Of a stretch of DNA of 54,499 nt, positions 51,575 to 54,499 are shown one piece after another; the stretch's first letter is position 1, and every line of letters begins with the position of its first letter. The stretch is taken from assembly GCA_001938485.1 (NCBI GenBank), contig MQRK01183883.1, positions 19,079 to 73,577 on the forward strand, given 5' to 3'. The notes beneath the pieces are model-generated. The model had not been told where the DNA came from. It saw only the letters and a list, made by a program, of their open reading frames with translations, and did not search any database. The position numbers and the translations under genes were made by a program. Source of the DNA: Girardia tigrina. Its lineage: Eukaryota.

Positions 51575-53989
51575 TATATCGAAGTGGCACTTTCCAAAAC
51601 TAAATTTCGGTATAGCCGTAGTTCGATATAGCCATAGCATCACCTTCCATTACCTAAGCACTGATATTTAGTATGTACAATAACATATATTCGATATATC
51701 CGTATATTCTATATATCCGTCTTCGAAAACACAGAGTGCACTGTATATAACGATGTGTTATTAATGATTTTTGAATTATAACAAATAAATTGAAAGAAAT
51801 TCAATATTTCAAAATCTTTCGTTCTTGCTAATAATGAAACCGATAATAAAAATTGACACGAAAAGTCTGATGACAAAACGGCAAAAAGTCAGGTGTACTC
51901 GTCGATCGTCAGTTTCATTGAAATTGAAAATTCACTAATTGTCGATAAATCGAATTTGGATGCGGCAAATTTATCTGCGAACGTAAAATCTCTTTTTTCG
52001 CTTTTGGTATATTTGACGGAGAAAATCCATGATTTTCCTCCGATCGATCAGACAAAAATACGATACAAAATTCTACAGTGGCTCCTTGAGCACTTGTGGT
52101 GGATAATTATGTATCATTTTAGGCGAATGAGTTTATGGATTTTATGGATCATTGGAAGGTTGGGTTAATATGTCTGTCTAGTAATTGAACCAGCGTAATG
52201 GAATTGTTGAGCGAAATCATAGAACCATCAAAAGAATTGCCGCTAGATCAAATATATCAATGGATGAAGCGTTTTGGTTGTACAATAATACACCGTCTGT
52301 TGGTAAAGAAACTCCAAGTCGAATGTCAAATAATTATTCAAGTACCAGGCCTAAAGATATAGCAGTGGTGACGAAGGACGATTCAACAAAAAAGGGTAGA
52401 GCTTTTTGTGAGTATTAATTGGTGTGGGTCAAACCAAAATTCATTACAAGTTGTACTAAACAATGGCTAAAAGAGACGGTAATAAAAAAAGTTGTCGTGT
52501 TGGAAATATTTGGTTGAATGTGATGATGAACGTTTTCCGAATCATTTTAGCGATTTTCGGCCAAGAATAGTGGAACCAGTAAACCAGATGCATCACACCA
52601 GATGCATTGGGATTGAATCCAGCTCTGAGAAGGATGAAGTGGAGACTGGCAAAGAGGTGCGCATTTGAAGGAGACCGAAATATTTAAATGATTACATCAC
52701 GGAGTTAGATTCGGATGATGATGAATCTGGTCGGGATGTGGAAATGAATTAATGAAATTACAGAGTTTTGTTTAAATAATAACGAATTGTGATGATTTTT
52801 ATTATATCGTGAAATTTGTAATCTTAAGGGTTTGTATTTATTATTTATTGCTATCAGTGTTACACAAAATAATTCATGGAATTATCATCCAAAACTTCAA
52901 TAGCATTCAAATTATCAGAACTAGTGAATCCTAGACGTTCTAATAGAAGGGCGTCAGCATAAATATCCTAATAAATATTCTAATAACAAAATTGACATTT
53001 ACATGTTGAGTTAAGTGAACTTCACACAGTTTATGTAGTATCAGTGTATTGAACTTAGTAAAGTAACTAAGCATTTTTATATGGTCCTAAGTTATGATTC
53101 ACCTATTTTTTTCGAAATCAAATTAAGCAATCAGCAATCCTGCAAATTATGATGTTCAAAAATGACTTTAATTGGTCCAAATCGACTTCAGCTGGTCTAT
53201 GAGTGCAAGATGAGGCTTGAAGTAAAATATTTTAGGAATGAATTTTTAAGAACTAATATGGGCAGGAGCACTTAGTTAGCACATGTGTATCGTATTCAGT
53301 GTGCATCTTTATTCAGGCTTCTACAGTAGTTTTACCTTTTTAAAAATGGAAAGGCAAAACATGTTTAAAATGTACTTTGTTATCTTCTATGTTCAAAATA
53401 ATACCAGACAAAACAAAATACATCCGACCAATTCTAAATCATTAAAGAAACTGAACAAGTCAATATTTCAGAGGAACAACATGTTGCAAAATATAACACT
53501 TAATCGAACGTTGAAAAGGACAGATGCAATGTGTTATGGGAAACTAAAAGTACTTTCTGGACATCCGAAAAGGCTTTTGCTCAGCTATAGGATTGTTAAT
53601 GGCTTCAATAGACGCAAAAAGTTAAAGATAATATAACTTTTTAAATGTGTAGATGCTTTCTTATTTTGTTTTTAAACTTGACAAATCAATTCCGGTTTCT
53701 TTGTGATTTACTACTTTTACTCATGTACCTCTGGAAATAAACTTCTTAGGTACTTTGAAGAATAATCATTGATATTTTAGCGACAACTTGAAGAAATTAT
53801 AAAAATTGTCTTTATTTGATATGCAATATTGATCAAATATTAGTAAACTAGAGGACTCTTCGAAAGGGACACTTAACATTTGTGAAATATCCGCCCTAGT
53901 AAAATAACCGAAAACCAAAAATAAAAGAGAAACTTTTTGCAAACAGTAATTACTGATGAAATTTAATAGTTCTTTTAAACAATTCTGAA

Positions 53990-54225
53990 ACGATAAACTT
54001 TACTAGAATAATATTTCCCCTTCTGGATAATACTTGTACCAGTCCACGAAAATAGATGGATGATGTATCGGATCATAACATTTATGATTCAACATCAAGC
54101 ACTCGATTCTTCTAGATCAAGACTTTATTTAAAATCCATCTAAAGACTATGTATTAAAGCTGGACAAAAATGGATTTGGAAGACAACGTCATATTTACCT
54201 GTTTTTTTATGTCATGGTCCATAAA
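53990..54225 (+). pseudogene. Possible decayed Ulp1/SENP-type cysteine protease (transposon cargo)
   Basis: IILVPVHENRW, NIYDS and MDLEDNVIFTCFF in order, resembling PIHxxxHW / YDS / QxDxxDCGVFxC with catalytic residues lost. Confidence 0.3.
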
Positions 54226-54499
54226 CGTTTAAAAATATTTAAAGAACGAAATATATCAAAATTGGATGCATGTATATCATCATGCACTTAATCCGACTGA
54301 AAAATTCAAAAATATCATATTAATGTTCTTTTTGAGTGGATAATGGATGCATTAAATTAACTCAATAAACCCTATTAATATGTCAATAACAGAATTTTAA
54401 AAAAAATACTAAGCACTTTTCATAATGCACTCAAAAGGACAAAATAACTTTTCTGGGTCAGAAAAGACAATTTTAGTGTACCCTCAGTTTTCAATTATT

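Larger units (their letters stand above)
49295..52866 (+). mobile_element. Gypsy-like element 3' half (RNase H, integrase, candidate short 3' LTR), interrupted at 50058-52078
   Basis: NIAELEAV, SELLIRRRL, NKADELTRIP; CQQCQSID..VKWEKGSL..WFRLAIDVT..FCER; resumes AP.ALVVDN, NGIVERNHRTIKRIAAR; TGTGG...ACACA at 52737-52866 after a G-rich tract. Confidence 0.85.

Noticed and set aside
45840-54499. Terminal CCDC89-like exon(s)
   Set aside because: Checked candidate acceptors (45845, 45885, 53780) give early stops in the required phase; the exon probably lies beyond the window.

Overview
Very AT-rich eukaryotic (animal) genomic DNA with assembly gaps; composition, a 49-nt intron and the transposon repertoire suggest a planarian-like invertebrate (inference). 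One host gene is recognisable: a CCDC89-like coiled-coil gene on the + strand. Its exons (possibly 9297-9341, then 20827-21059, 21109-21342, 24864-25098, 45699-45781) join in consistent phase across introns of up to 20.6 kb, and its 3' end is not in the window. Most of the remainder is mobile-element debris. This includes Ty3/Gypsy elements with about 8 copies of one TGTGAGGAAT-starting LTR family, Penelope-like elements with minimal hammerhead-ribozyme relics, an RTE-like LINE with a C2H2 zinc-finger tail, and L1/Tx1-like scraps. DNA transposons and MITEs of the Tc1, mariner, maT, Tigger/pogo, MULE, hAT, piggyBac and Helentron (HINE) types are also present. The least explained region is 47.6-52.9 kb: a dense RFX X-box/CCAAT-like array, a near-perfect palindrome, TCGA-rich islands with orphan exon-like pieces, and a Gypsy integrase split by a GT...AG-bounded insert. 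All family calls come from motif recognition by eye; no searches were run.
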